Counted from the first letter of the whole stretch, positions 24,790 to 37,163 are shown. The stretch is DNA of 63,492 nt, filler included, from Phoronis australis (GCA_002633005.1; 8 parts of 8 records of this genome joined end to end with filler, not necessarily neighbours in it), one strand, 5' to 3'. Notes: generated from the letters alone by a model not told the origin. Numbers and translations: made by a program.

Positions 24790-27600
24790 AAACTAATCTC
24801 TGTCAACTGAGAATGAATTGCTACAGCTTATACCCCTGCATTCTCCTTATGCAACCAAGCACGGCAATCCTAACTTCTTGCAAGTACATCTGTTGGCACT
24901 GCAGTTGGTCTTTCAACTAATTCTCTGGTGCTGCTGCTGGCTGGTCCATCGTCATGTGAATGAAATTTCCACCTGCCGGCATCCATCCCCAATACAGCGA
25001 GTCAAGGCCACTGGCACGGAAACTTGACCACTCTTGCTGTTGATAATATATCTTGGCAGCATGGAATTTAGCTACTGAAGCAGTTGGTGGTAATGACTGT
25101 ATTTGGACTGGGGCCATGCTTCATGACACCTTTTCCACAAATCACCTGTATCGCAAGTCATCCAAATTTCCAAAGCCAATACCGCCATAGAGCGAAGACA
25201 CAACTCTTACCAGCTTCAAATATGTCTTGCTTCAGCTGAATAGGTCTAGTGAATACTGTAGCGTTTCATCAGAATTCTCGATCACGCAGTTTCTTGAATG
25301 GGAGAGCCTTGCCAATTCCGAACAGCCGTGTTGTTGTATCGTAACGACCTATTGCATGTGCAAATGGCAAAACCGCTCAAGTCTCGGCAGCAAGAGACAA
25401 CTCAAGTTTCTTGATGTCCCAGACTCTCCTCTTGCTTTGGTGCCTCTTGTCAGATTTCATGGACATTGGAAATTGTTGTGAAGAAGCATGGTAACACAAA
25501 AGAGCCAACAAGTCTGTATCATCTGCAATGAGGGTAGTTGGACCTTGTGTTGCTTTCTCTGCTGCTGTTTCTACAATTAAAACCTCTGTGTCACCTTGAG
25601 CTTGTACCACTGTGCAACCAACATTTTGTAGCAAACTTGACAAGAAGTGAATGAATCTTTGTTTTTGCCAAAAATGTTCGTCCTTTGACTTGATCACTAT
25701 GTCATCATTGAAGTAAACTCAGTTCCAACCACCCCTTCCAGTCTTCGAAAATGGGAGACATTTTTAGTTGATGGGCCACCTCCATAACCATCAAAAAGAA
25801 CAATAGGCTAGGTGTACTTGCTGACGTTATCCACATAAGCTCTACCAACTGACTGCAACATTGCACCTCTAGGTCATGGAATACAGTGAAAGTCAGAATC
25901 GCAGTCGATTACATTCATCATCGTGTTTTCTGGAGATTGGTAATCCTCAGGTAATCCCCCACTGGACCAGCCAGTACATCAGCTAATATTGATTTATTAG
26001 CAACTCTGCAAAGATCAGATGTATCAAAAAGAGTGGGGAAACCAACACACAGCTCAAACTTCAAAGGGCTTGACGAACTTTCACAGCTGTGAGTAGTCAC
26101 TGAAATAACAGTTGTGGATCCCCTTGTGTAAAATCACTATTGACAACATGAACTGATGTACTTGTCATTGCCACGTCCTTGTCTTTCTTTCTGAACATGA
26201 AGTCTTTCACACTTGACCCCTCCACAGACAAATCAATGGCCTTCCCTACTTCTCTGGTATTTTCGGTATTGACGCGTGTGCCTGCAGTCACACCAGTTGT
26301 GATGTTCTGTAATGTTTCCCTTTCAGAATCTGAGATGGGTTTCTGTTGTGGAGGAATTCAGCAAGACTGAGGATGTCTTTGTCATCATGCGACTGTCTTG
26401 CCTGGATACATTCTTAATGCTGCTCACTTGTTGCACAACTCAAGTTTGTCACACTCTGCATGGCACCATTTGTACTTGAGCATGCCGGCAATGAAAGCAG
26501 CCACTGCACACTGCGTATCTCTCATTCTGCAACTTCTGGTTAAACTTCCTGTTGATTTAATGGTTTTCATGAGCATTAGGTCATATGACAAGCCTACCCA
26601 GAATCTGCAACTTTTATGGTGTGGTGGGCATTAACAAAGGTGCTGTAGACGTGTGGCCAGGTGTCTTTGAGTTGCTGCATCTGCTGCAAGTATATATATG
26701 CAGATTTTGCATATGAGTTGTCACCAGAAGCTGCACAGTAAGGCAACATTTTGGAACCTGATTTTAGATGAAGCTCCCAATCTGACATTATTACTGCTTT
26801 TATAAAAATTCGAAGGTTGTCAACCATCTTTACATACTGTATCCAGAGACTAATGGTTCGACTTTAAAAGGACAAGTGTTATTGATGTGCTTCGACTTTT
26901 TTATGGATTCCTACAAGACACTCCGGCGAGCATAAATCGCCGCACACAGACGTCATGCCAGCAACAAGATCAGCATATAGCTTCAGACCAGCTTTCAAAT
27001 CATCAAGTATATCAGTGGCCATTCATTCTTCTGACAAACAATTCTCTGTTACTGCGAATTCTCAAGACCTATACTCTGACTCAGTCGTTTTGAATATACA
27101 TCTTGTACCAGTGGCAGTATGTCGGAAGCCAGAAATGAACTCTCGTGAGGATAATCCACTGTAATCCAAGGTTCAGAATCAAAACACACTGCCTGTGCAC
27201 TGCATGTAAAAATGTATACATCTAGTTATGTGATCAGTTGGGATGTCTGAAGAATCTTCATATATTCCGAGCCAGTTTGTGTGCAACCATTGAATTGCTC
27301 CACCTCTTGGCACAGAATCTGTGTGTTCTGTGTTGGTAAGATCGGAACTTCTGGAGTTTCTGAAGGACTGAAACCTTTTTCTTCAAACCGTGAAGTGATT
27401 GGTACTGGGTTGCCATTAATTGATCTGTCAATATTTGGAAGTGGGATGTTGAATGCTCTTGCTGTTGTGATGCCTCTGTGCTGTGTCAACCAACATACAT
27501 GTATGCCCCCTCACTGTTCTATCCACACTTTTTTCATTCAACATATAGCTGGCCTTGGAATGACCCATGACAAAAAAGAGGAAATTTTTACAGCCCTAAA
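24790..27600 (-). pseudogene. Academ transposase/XPG-like nuclease/Cys8 zinc-finger pseudogene
   Basis: Fragments in the expected order: FIKAVIMSDWELHL..MLPYCAASGDNSYAKSAYIYLQQM; QAQGDTEVLIV..IADDTDLLALL (PIN/XPG-like); YDTTTRLFGIGK (H3TH-like); LPPTASVAKFHAAKIYYQQQEW..WGW; CSANRCTCKKLGLPCLVA*GECRGISCSN. Many stops and frameshifts. Confidence 0.85.
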
Positions 27601-28969
27601 TACACATTTCAATCTAAACCATACCTAAACAGATCGAAAGTAAGTGGCAAGAAACTCCGAAGAGCAAAAGATAAGACGATCGTCAGAGGAAGGGAGTACA
27701 ATAGTACCACATGATGCCCTGTTACTGTGTCGTGTTGGCAAAATGCACTCATCTTCAGCAGTAATTGACATCTATTTCAGCAACAACAATGAAGGCAATT
27801 AGATGCAAAAGATATTTTTTAAAATTAAAATTGTAAAGGTAATGATGAAAAATTTGCAATGTGAGTGGCAGGAGCTTATTTTCGATTTGCTGCAGAAAGA
27901 CCTATAAAATTATTTTCAATTCTTATAATTATGATCCAAAATTACAAAAAAAAATGAAAATTGGTCCATAGATTATCTAGAAAGCCTGAAATACATACGC
28001 ATTTAATTCCAATGAACAATTTAATTCCAACGCAAATGAAAAAAGTCAAGACCAAAACCTGTGGCTCATATCCCAACTTTTAGCATGGAAAAATGAAAGT
28101 CAAAAATAACATATAGAATGCACAATCCTAAGTTGGCCAAACTTTTCAGTTTCAAACAGTAATTACAGGAGTTAATTGTTCATACACCTTGCTGTTGTAG
28201 AAGAAACTATGTGACTAGAAATAACTACCAGGCCACTGAAAATAGGCTGGCAGAATTTGTAAACAATGGCTTAGACCAATCAGATCATTCAGAAACTGTG
28301 ACGTGGTCACTTCTCTCGAACTGCAAAACTCGAGTCACAAAATAGAACGTGAAAAATGTCAAAATAAATTGAAATACAGTAAGGCAATTTAAAACACATT
28401 TGCAGTAACGAAAATAGCACTTTGTATCCAGTGTCGGAGGCATGTAGAAAATCGCACTAAGCCGATCATGCCAGTAGCAGTAAAGGGCAACGGGCGTGCA
28501 TGAGGGATCAAAGAATTTCATACATCACTCACATCCCACGATTCCAATCCAACGAATAACGAGTTACGGTTGAATTTCCTTTCAGGAAGCATTGTTATTT
28601 CTTCTTTTGTTTCATCGTTTTCAGTCGCTCCTCTGACTCCAACTAAGTCCAAGGTGTCTCGGCCACGCACTCCGTAATTGTTCCTCTCTCAAAGTTTACA
28701 GAGCCCAAACCTTGGTTTGTGAAGACACTGGCCGTTTCTTTTATCCACTTTTTCCACGAAATATTCAGTCTACTACATGCTCCATGTATTTTTGACCGCA
28801 GAATCGCACTATATGTCACCACGATTTTGTACCAAATGCATACACCATTGATGAACCACGCTATACCAGGCACAGGCACTTGAATTTATCTGTTCCTTGA
28901 TTGCCACTGACATCACTCATATGAGTCATCGGCAAATTTGAGCGCCTGTGATCCGCAATTACAATTTTC

Positions 28970-29154
28970 AATCCTCTGAAACATAAAGAGCAGTTTTCGC
29001 TTTTCGAGTCGTCAGCAAAGCCGCGGTGAGAAACCAATTTACCGCGATAATTTTATGGCAAATGTGATTTTTCCGCGGAAATATAGCAAAAATACGTAGA
29101 TCGAATAAAAGAAAAAAGCGGAAATCGCGTTTCCGCTGACAATTCCAAGCCTTG
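28970..29154. mobile_element. End of a TIR element with CCGCGG subterminal motifs (copy 1)
   Basis: Colinear with 33558-33748; both end AATTCCAAGCCTTG. Confidence 0.6.
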
Positions 29155-29301
29155 ATATAGATCACACTGTTAGATGCATACCTTGTCTCAAGAGCTTCTT
29201 GGAGCCTGGTTCCTGACATTACATATCCAATACTTCCCAGGGAGCTCAACTTAGAATGAAATCTGCCAAGCCTGGTGAAGAACAAGGGACTGCAGATCAC
29301 T
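29155..29301 (-). pseudogene. Second Academ transposase fragment
   Basis: RLGRFHSKLSSLGSIGYVMSGTRLQEALETRYASNSV resembles the family's LGxFH..SxLGxIG..MxGSGL motif. Confidence 0.65.
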
Positions 29302-29783
29302 CCCATACCAAAAGACCATGTTTGCTGCAAGCTTGCAGCAAACATGCCGCAAGCTTCCGGCAAACAATTTTGTTTGCAGCAAACCAGCCGCAAAGTTTGC
29401 AGGAGTTTCTCGCTACCCGCAACTCAGCCGCACACATTGCCGCAACCTTTCTGCAAACACTGAAGTTTGCAGGAATGTTGCGGCAAACTTGGTGATTGAA
29501 AAAATGTTTGCGGGGAAAGTTGCATGAAACTATTGTTGAAAAGTGTTTGCGGGAAAGTTGCAGGAAACTTTATTGGTGAAAAAATGTTTGCAGGAAAGTT
29601 GCAGGAAACTTTATTGATGAAAAGTGTTTGCGGGAAAGTTGCAGGAAACTATTGGTGAAAACGTGTTTGCGGGAAAGTTGCTGGAAACTTAATTGGTGAA
29701 AAAGTGTTTGCGGGAAAGTTGCAGGAAACTGTATTGGTGAAAAGTGTTCTTAGGAATAGGTGAAAAAGTGCTTGCACAAAATT
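29302..29783. repeat. Element starting CCCATACCAAAAG with TTTGCxGCAAAC motifs and a ~39-41-bp tandem array
   Basis: About 6-7 copies of GAAAAGTGTTTGCGGGAAAGTTGCAGGAAACTTTATTGGT at 29497-29750. CCC terminus resembles animal EnSpm/CACTA MITEs. Cut by gap. Confidence 0.75.
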
Positions 29784-30943
29784 NNNNNNNNNNNNNNNNN
29801 NNNNNNNNNNNNNNNNNNNNNNNNNNNTTAATTAATTAANNNNNNNNNNNNNNNNNNNNNNNNNNNNNNNNNNNNNNNNNNNNCTCTTCAATACCTTCCA
29901 AGTACGGGAAAAATAGGTCAGTCGCAAAACGACACGCACGTCACTAGTGTTAACTTTCTGTCCGAGGTATAAAACAAAGCTGGGATTTGGTTTTTACATA
30001 TTGTGAAAAGACGTTTTTGAAAACTGAAGTTGTGTAAAATGAAACTGACACACACCATATAATCTGCGTGTCAGTTTTAAATCACACGCGGTCGTTTGTA
30101 GTGCGCAATGATGGGCGCTAGCTTGAACTGTGGGCGCTTAATTGGAAATTCTCAAAATTTAAGGGGGGACTTTTAATAGATCAGTTAGCACTTATTATGA
30201 AACACTTTAAAGGTAGGGAGTAGGCTTGTGCGTGAGTATAGTCGTTAACCTAAGTGTTTGCGGTAATAAAATATTAAAACGCTGCAATGGTAAAAAACGT
30301 TATAATAATACGATTTTGCGAGGCAAACTCCATCTGGTAGGGGTGACTTTCTGGATATCGTTACCAACTACATTGTACCCTTTTTAGCAACCCGGAATGA
30401 TTTTTTAACTGCCCGCTTCAGCCAGAACAAGGTTGTTTCTATAGGAGTCTGAACATTTTACGGCGACGGTGGTTCGGGGAGCGAAAAGTTGCCGGGGGGG
30501 TGTATAAAGAGAAGAATGAAAAGTTCGCTAACTTGAACCACAATCTAGTGCCAGTTTATTTGCAATAGCTGGCTACGGGCATAGAATACAGGGTTTACAG
30601 AACATCGACCTCGGGAAACATCGGAACAGGATAACGTTAGTTCTGGGTTATATCGGTCCCGGGAAATCGGGTATTTTATAACCGCTGGGAAACTGAGTTC
30701 ATTTTCAAATAAACCAGAGCCAAGCCGGTATACTCTTTCATTTAGGACTGTTGCTGTTCTTTGAAGTGGTGCGCACGCGTGAGTTCACGCACTTGAATCG
30801 TTTGAGTAGGCCTACACTTTACGTTGGCAACAACGTGTGAAAGACAAATTATATTTCGCGCACGTAGCCCCTGAAACAAGTAAAGGGTTTGAGAATTTCT
30901 TGGCAACTGAAAGTAAAGACGTGACCGTCGCTTGGCGATTAAT

Positions 30944-31337
30944 AAGGTTGTCATTTTCACTTTGGCTGTCTTAATACGATAAAAGGAGAAGTACATCTCA
31001 GCCTAAGTCACGATTGTCTGCCGGGACCGCTTGCGCGCTAACGGTGCCGCAGTGCGATATCATGGATATTGTCGTGGATATTTGGTACATGTAATAAGGA
31101 CATCTTATGTGAAAAATAAGCATTTTTGTCCACCACAAAACAAGGTTGTCATTTTCACTTTGGCTGTCTTAATACGATAAAAGGAGAAGCATACCTCAGT
31201 CTAAGTCACGATTGTCAGCCGGGACCGCTTGCGCGCTAATGGTGCTGCAGTGCGATATCAGGGATATTGTCGTGGATATTTGGTACATGTAATAAGGATA
31301 TCTTATGTGAAAAATAAGCATTTTTGTCCACCACAAA
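30944..31337. repeat. 198-bp direct tandem duplication
   Basis: AAGGTTGTCATTTTCAC...GTCCACCACAAA at 30944 and 31142, few mismatches. Confidence 0.92.
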
Positions 31338-32734
31338 GTTTGGTAAGTTGATCGCTTAAGAATTAATAGAAACACCGTTGTTTTATGAAGTTTTATCACG
31401 TGTAAGCATTGGCCCGAAACTTTCTTCGGCGAATCCGGGAATTTACAAAAGTGGCCGAAAGTGTTAGCCAATGAAACGCATCAAAGATCGATTCTGCATT
31501 ATCCCATGTTCACGCGACTTGCTTACAAGTCATCGGGAGGCCTGTTCTCCGTTAGTGTTCTTTTGAACTTGTATTTGGCAACAACCAAATAACGGTCGGA
31601 TTAACAAGAGCTGCTTTGTATTTGCCAGGTATCTGTTGAGAAGTGTAAAAACTCAGCTCGCATTCGGTGGAAATTCCAGGTCGCATTTTGCGACTTTATA
31701 CGAGCTGACAAAAATCTCAGCTCGCATTTCCAAATTTCAGGTCGCAAATGCGACCTGCAGCTCGTTATGTCGAGCCCTGACAAGCACTAACTTGTACAAG
31801 GGAATGCTGAATACCGTTCCTAGAAATGCTCTCAAGATGTTTCTCTCTGTTGCTGGCTGAAGCCAATTTTCAATAAGTTATGCAAAGCGACAAATAAACG
31901 GACTGAAATAAAGTCTTCGATCAGGTGACTATTAGGGAGCACCATTGAGAATGGGAAAGAGGTTGTGCAATGGAACAAAAAATTCCAAACTGAACAAACA
32001 ATTTCCGAACTGACAATGAAAATACAGTACAAGCGAAAGGAAAATCCACGTCAGTTGTGCTCTTGTGATTGTAGGAACATGTCTGTCAATTTTCTTAATG
32101 ATCCTCTGAGAGGTTTGACATATTCACAGAGGCATACAATCCCGAAAACAAAAAAAAAAACACCATGTCTAATCCAATCCAAAATGGGAAGGTGCTGACG
32201 TCTTCATAATAGAAACATGTTTGCCAAATTTCATGAAAAAACATTGAGTCTGAAGATAGAGAGGCAAACATCAAACCTTAAATTGCCACTGGGGGCACAT
32301 CAGTATTCAGAACCATCCAAAAGTCGTGAGCATTTTTTGTTACATTTATAAAACAGTCAATTCTGCTTACACTCAACTGTCATGCGTGGACACTACATGG
32401 AATAGCGGATCAATTTGTCCGTGTTTTCTATTGACGTGTATTGTTTGTGTAAGTACCACCAAGTATTCAATGCACTCTACAATTTTCTAATAAGTCTAGT
32501 AAAACAGAAATTTTAGTAATTTGGAGAGTTCCAATTTCAAATTGAGCTACCAGACTTCCACTAGAGACTTTCAGCATCCTATTATCAGCTCAGCAGTGGT
32601 TACGGCAGCACTCCCAAAGCTAGCGTGACAGCTATTTTGGACTCTTGTGTCACACTTTGATTTCTAGCTAATAAACTTTAAAACACAATTAACACACAAC
32701 CTGAGGAGGGGAAAACACAGTAGACTCTCAGTAC

Positions 32735-32930
32735 CTGTCTTCATCTTTTTCTTGGCCGGAAAACCGAGTCCACCTTTAAAAACCCCTTGGTATTCAAGAG
32801 GCGAAGACGGCTCAGGAACATCGTCATCATCATCATCATCTTCATCTTCATCAGCATCTTGAGATGTTGAAGTTGCAGGGCGCTTAACAGCTTTCTTCCC
32901 ACCTAGTCGACTAAACACACCTCTTTGCGC
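32735..32930 (-). CDS. C19orf47: C19orf47 homolog, exon 7 (acidic tract); true 3' end not resolved
   Basis: 196 nt. AQRGVFSRLGGKKAVKRPATSTSQDADEDEDDDDDDDVPEPSSPLEYQGVFKGG; VFSRLG and LxYxGVxK motifs. Confidence 0.85.
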
Positions 32931-33557
32931 CTGCCAGAATGACACAAAACACTATTCATACACACCTCTTTGTGCCTGCCAAAATGATATAGAACCCTAT
33001 TTCATACTTCTATGAAGTACATTTGGGGCGTCTTTAGTGACGCTAGTTACAAGGCAGTGAAAGTAAATGAGATCACATGCTTTTCTATTTAATAGTGAGG
33101 CAATGGCAAATTAATGTGGATAACGTAGAAAACAACTTACTTGCCACATTAAAACAACTGTCTTGACACTTTCTGCGAACAACAGTTAGCATTTTGTATT
33201 AAACAAAAGCCCAAATGTGGGCAGTAATCAATTTCTGGTAGAAAGGAAGAATCCTCATTCTTAAGCACAGAAAATATTGTTGAAGGACCATAGAAAATGT
33301 CCAAATTTTACTAACTTCAGAATATCATATTTTAGAAATGACTGCTCAGAGTCATATGAAGCTTCCTCATACTATGTTATAAGCACAGAACACTGCGTGC
33401 GTCTGCGTCTTTTTAGCTCGTCCGCCACTCCTACCTCCACACATTTTTGGCTGCAGAGTAGTAGTATTTGTCACCGCGGTTTACAATCATACGAGCCGCC
33501 ATTGAGGAAATGCACCACGCTATCCCAGATGCTCCGCCAATGTTGACAATTTACGTT

Positions 33558-33748
33558 CCTCCGTAACATAAAGAGCAACTTCCGCTTTTCGAGGAGAAAG
33601 TCGTCGGCAACGCCGCGGTAAGAAAGAAATTTGCCGCGGAAATTTTACATCAAATCCAATTTTTTTACACGTAAATATAATAAAATACGCGGACGGAACA
33701 TTTGAAAAAAGTGGAAATCCGCGTTTCCGCGGAAAATTCCAAGCCTTG
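33558..33748. mobile_element. End of TIR element with CCGCGG motifs (copy 2)
   Basis: Colinear with 28970-29154. Confidence 0.6.
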
Positions 33749-33896
33749 CATCATAAACACCCTTTACTAACACAAAATTTTAAAAAAAAATTCCAAATGA
33801 TTTATGACACACAAAGGAGTTTGATACCAAGTACCACATGCAAGCATAGTATACTTCAGATATAATGCAATGTCTGACAATTGAACTACATGTTAC

Positions 33897-34018
33897 CTGA
33901 CTGTTTGTTCCAAGTGTGACCTTGCCAAGTCCTGTGACTGTGATGGTCGGACTCTTGACAACATTGGCTGTTTCTCCTTTACCCAGCCGATCAAACACCG
34001 AACTGGACTTGAGAAGAC
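33897..34018 (-). CDS. C19orf47: C19orf47 homolog, exon 6
   Basis: 122 nt. GLLKSSSVFDRLGKGETANVVKSPTITVTGLGKVTLGTNSQ; SVFDRLG motif; phases fit. Confidence 0.88.
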
Positions 34019-34355
34019 CTGCAAACACAGGCAATATGGAATTGGTCATGAAATGACACAAAACAGACAAGTTAGTTGAAAAACGTACCATGTAACGTTT
34101 GGCCACATCATTGAAGAAAGATCTAAAAAGGCAGTACTCATCTGATAGATGCTCATAGTGCATAGTTGCTGTGCACTGTAATGCAGATGCTCTCAGCTGA
34201 CTGATGAGTATAACTTAGTACGTAGCACCCACTATAACCATGAAGCCAAAGTTGGCAAGGGTCACAAAACATAGCCTTCCAAAAATATTAAGCAATAATT
34301 TGTACTGAAAAACAGACTTTTTTACCTCAGACTTAAATGTGAGAAAAACATCTAC

Positions 34356-34493
34356 CTTTCTTTTGAAGGATATTTTTTGTCTTCGGGGTGCTTCCTTGGG
34401 GCATTGTAATCTTGTATTTTCCTTCATGTTCTTTGAACACCCGTCGATTTTTGGGAACAGGGACCACTTCCTGGAGTGCAGATTTGGTTTTAA
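34356..34493 (-). CDS. C19orf47: C19orf47 homolog, exon 5
   Basis: 138 nt. PVPKNRRVFKEHEGKYKITMPQGSTPKTKNILQKK matches the family's EGKYxIxMPxGxTPxT motif. Absent from the ORF track in this frame. Confidence 0.9.
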
Positions 34494-34716
34494 CTAGAAA
34501 GGGAAAATATTACTGTCAAATGAAATGACCTTTAATCAGACCAAGGTTTTCATTTTAACCCAACCTGCAACAAAACGATTTTCATAGTTACAAAAATGAT
34601 CAATAGACCTTTGCATACATGTCAGAATGTTTAGTTGTACCCAACTAATCCCAACTTATCTCAACTTATCCTGTCATCACCACTGTTGCTGACATCATGT
34701 TTGTTATCAAACTGCC

Positions 34717-36190
34717 CTTGCAGGTGGCGCAGCGATTAGTGGGAATAGTTGAATTAGTTGAAATGCGTGATTGGTGTCTCTAACATTGAGCTTGTGGATG
34801 ACATCATGTAAATTATTCTCCGTCCACAGGTGACGCACTGATTAGTAGGAATCGTTGAATTAGTTGAATCCCAACTCAGCTCAACCTATCCGGCACTGAC
34901 CTGTTCAACTAATTCAACTAATTCAACCAATTGTAGCGCCATCTAAAGTATAACTGGCAATGTGAGACAGAAAGACCCGAGTCACTGACTTGCCTGCAGG
35001 TGGCGCAACAATTAGTGGGAATAGTTGAATTAGTTGAAATGCATGTTCTGTGTCTTTCAAGTTGAGAGCCTTTTGCTGATGTCATGATTGTTATCAGTCT
35101 GTTCCTGTAGGTGGCGCAGCGATTAGTGGGAATAGTTGAATTAGTTGAAATGCGTGTTCTGTGTCTGTCAAGTTGTGAGCCTGGTTAGCCTTGTGCCAGC
35201 GCCATGTGCTTTATCTGTCTGCCTGCAGGTGGCATAGCGATTAGTGGGAATAGTTGAATTAGTTGAAATGTGGGTTCTGTGTTTCTCAAGCTGTGAGCCT
35301 GTAGCTGACATAATGTTTGTTATCAGCCTATCCCCGCAGGTGGCGCAGCGATTAGTGGGAATAGTTGAATAAGTTGAAATGCTTGTTCTGTGTCTCTCAC
35401 TTTGTGAACCTGGTGAGCCTTTTGCTGGCGTCATGTACTTTTTCAATCTGCCTGTAGGTGGCGTAGAGATTAGTGGAAATAGTTGAATTAGTTGAAATGT
35501 GTGTTCTCTGTCTCTCAAGTTGTGGGCCTGTGTGTGCCTGCAGGTGGCGTAGCGATTAGTGGGAATAGTTGAATTAGTTGAAATGCGTGTTTGGAGTTTC
35601 TAAACTTGTGAGCCAGTTGATGATGTCGTGTACGTTCTCTGTCCCTGCAGGTGGCGCAGTGATTAGTGGGAATAGTTGAATTAGTTGAAATGCGTGTGTG
35701 GAGTCTCTAAAATCGTGACCCCATTGATTATGTCATGAACTATATCTGCCTGCTCTACTTGATCTACCTAATTTTATCTACCCGTTATTTAGTGGGTCAT
35801 CCCGGTAGGTGGCGTTATATGTCTGCTTGCAGGTGGCGTATTGATTAATGGAATAGTTGCTGGCGTCATGTACTTTTTCAATCTGCCTGTAGGTGGCGTA
35901 GCGATTAGTGGGAATAGTTGAATTAGTTGAAATGTGTGTTCTCTGTCTGTCAAGTTGTGGGCCTGTTGCTGACTTCATGTTTGGTATCAGGTGTGCCACC
36001 TGCCCACAGGTGGCGCAGCCATTAGTAGGAGTATTTGAATTAGTTGAATTGCGTTTTCTACTTGATATACCTAACCGTGTTTCTCAAGTTGTGAGTCGGT
36101 TGCTGACGTCATATAAATTACGTACCAGCCCCGAGATGGCGCGGTTATTAGTACATATAGTTGAATTAGTTGAAATGCGTTTCTTGTGTC
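34717..36190. repeat. Intronic array of ~12 units with a conserved ~45-bp core and diverged linkers
   Basis: Core GCAGGTGGCGCAGCGATTAGTGGGAATAGTTGAATTAGTTGAAATG, spacing mostly ~105-125 bp. Confidence 0.9.
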
Positions 36191-36844
36191 TCCAAAGTTG
36201 AGAACCTCTATCTGACGTCTTTATCTGTATGTGGCGTAGAGGTAGCTTGAAATATGTGAATTTGCTGAAAACTTAAACACTGGCATCTTAAATATCATTT
36301 ACCTGTGAATGAAGTCACCATTTCATCTTTCTTTGCATTAACATGCTTTAGAGCCTCCTATATCCAGTATTTATAAGAGTAAGTGAAAAAGTAACACAGG
36401 GGGCGCTGCAATTAGTTGAACTACAGCTTCCAAATAATCGATTAGTAGGTCCCTACCAAAGATTCTGACATGACTCGACCTTTGAAGCAAACTACAACAA
36501 GCATCATAACCCAGTCACCTGAATGTCCCATGGAAGACCTTCACAACATGCCGGGTTAATTGTCATGTGTACCCCATTCATTATGATCTCAATCGAAAGA
36601 GTGTGGAAATTACAACTAAAACCTTGTAAGCATTGTAGAAGGTGAACAATGAACAAAATTACACTTTTGCATGGTTATATCACAGCAGTGCTGTAGTAAT
36701 GTTGAGTAACTAGTCTCTGTCTTAGTTGTCTTGGTGTTGGCGAATGAAACAACACGTGTTTACTTTTGGCATGAGCAGGCAGCAATGAGGCTGTGTTCAG
36801 TCACTTAGCTCATGTCAAGAGACAGTTAGCCAGTCTCTCAAGTT

Positions 36845-37110
36845 CATCACACAACAAGAGCCAGCCAGCCACCCTGTGAGGGTGAACCTCATCACAAAAG
36901 AAGAGACAGCCAGCCACCCTGTGAGGGTGAACCTCATCACAAAAGAAGAGACAGCCAGCCACCCTGTGAGGGTGAACCTCATCACAAAAGAAGAGACAGC
37001 CAGACACCCTGTGACGTACATCACACAACAAGAGACAGTCAGCCACCCTGTGACGTACATCACACAACAAGAGACAGTCAGCCACCCTGTGAGGGTGAAC
37101 CCCATCACAA
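36845..37110. repeat. Minisatellite, 45-bp and 39-bp unit variants (~6 copies)
   Basis: CATCACAAAAGAAGAGACAGCCAGCCACCCTGTGAGGGTGAACCT and a shorter ...CCCTGTGACGTA variant. Confidence 0.92.
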
Positions 37111-37163
37111 AATGTTTGTCAACTGTACTGTCAATAACTTTTTATTCAAGGATGCACACCTAC

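Larger units (their letters stand above)
23653..28323 (-). mobile_element. Academ (AcademX-type) DNA transposon, decayed
   Basis: Contains the transposase pseudogene below and ~296-bp subterminal repeats. Candidate degenerate TIRs: TAGTGCGAGAGAAAAGTG and reverse complement CAGTTCGAGAGAAGTG. Ends are tentative; no TSD found. Confidence 0.7.

Noticed and set aside
32600-32668. Terminal C19orf47 exon (ARNQSVTQESK...LP*)
   Set aside because: Phase-compatible acceptor but no conserved motif; the true 3' exons may lie elsewhere or in a gap.
34717-36190. CRISPR array
   Set aside because: Linkers are homologous to each other and irregular in length, there are no cas genes, and the context is a eukaryotic intron.
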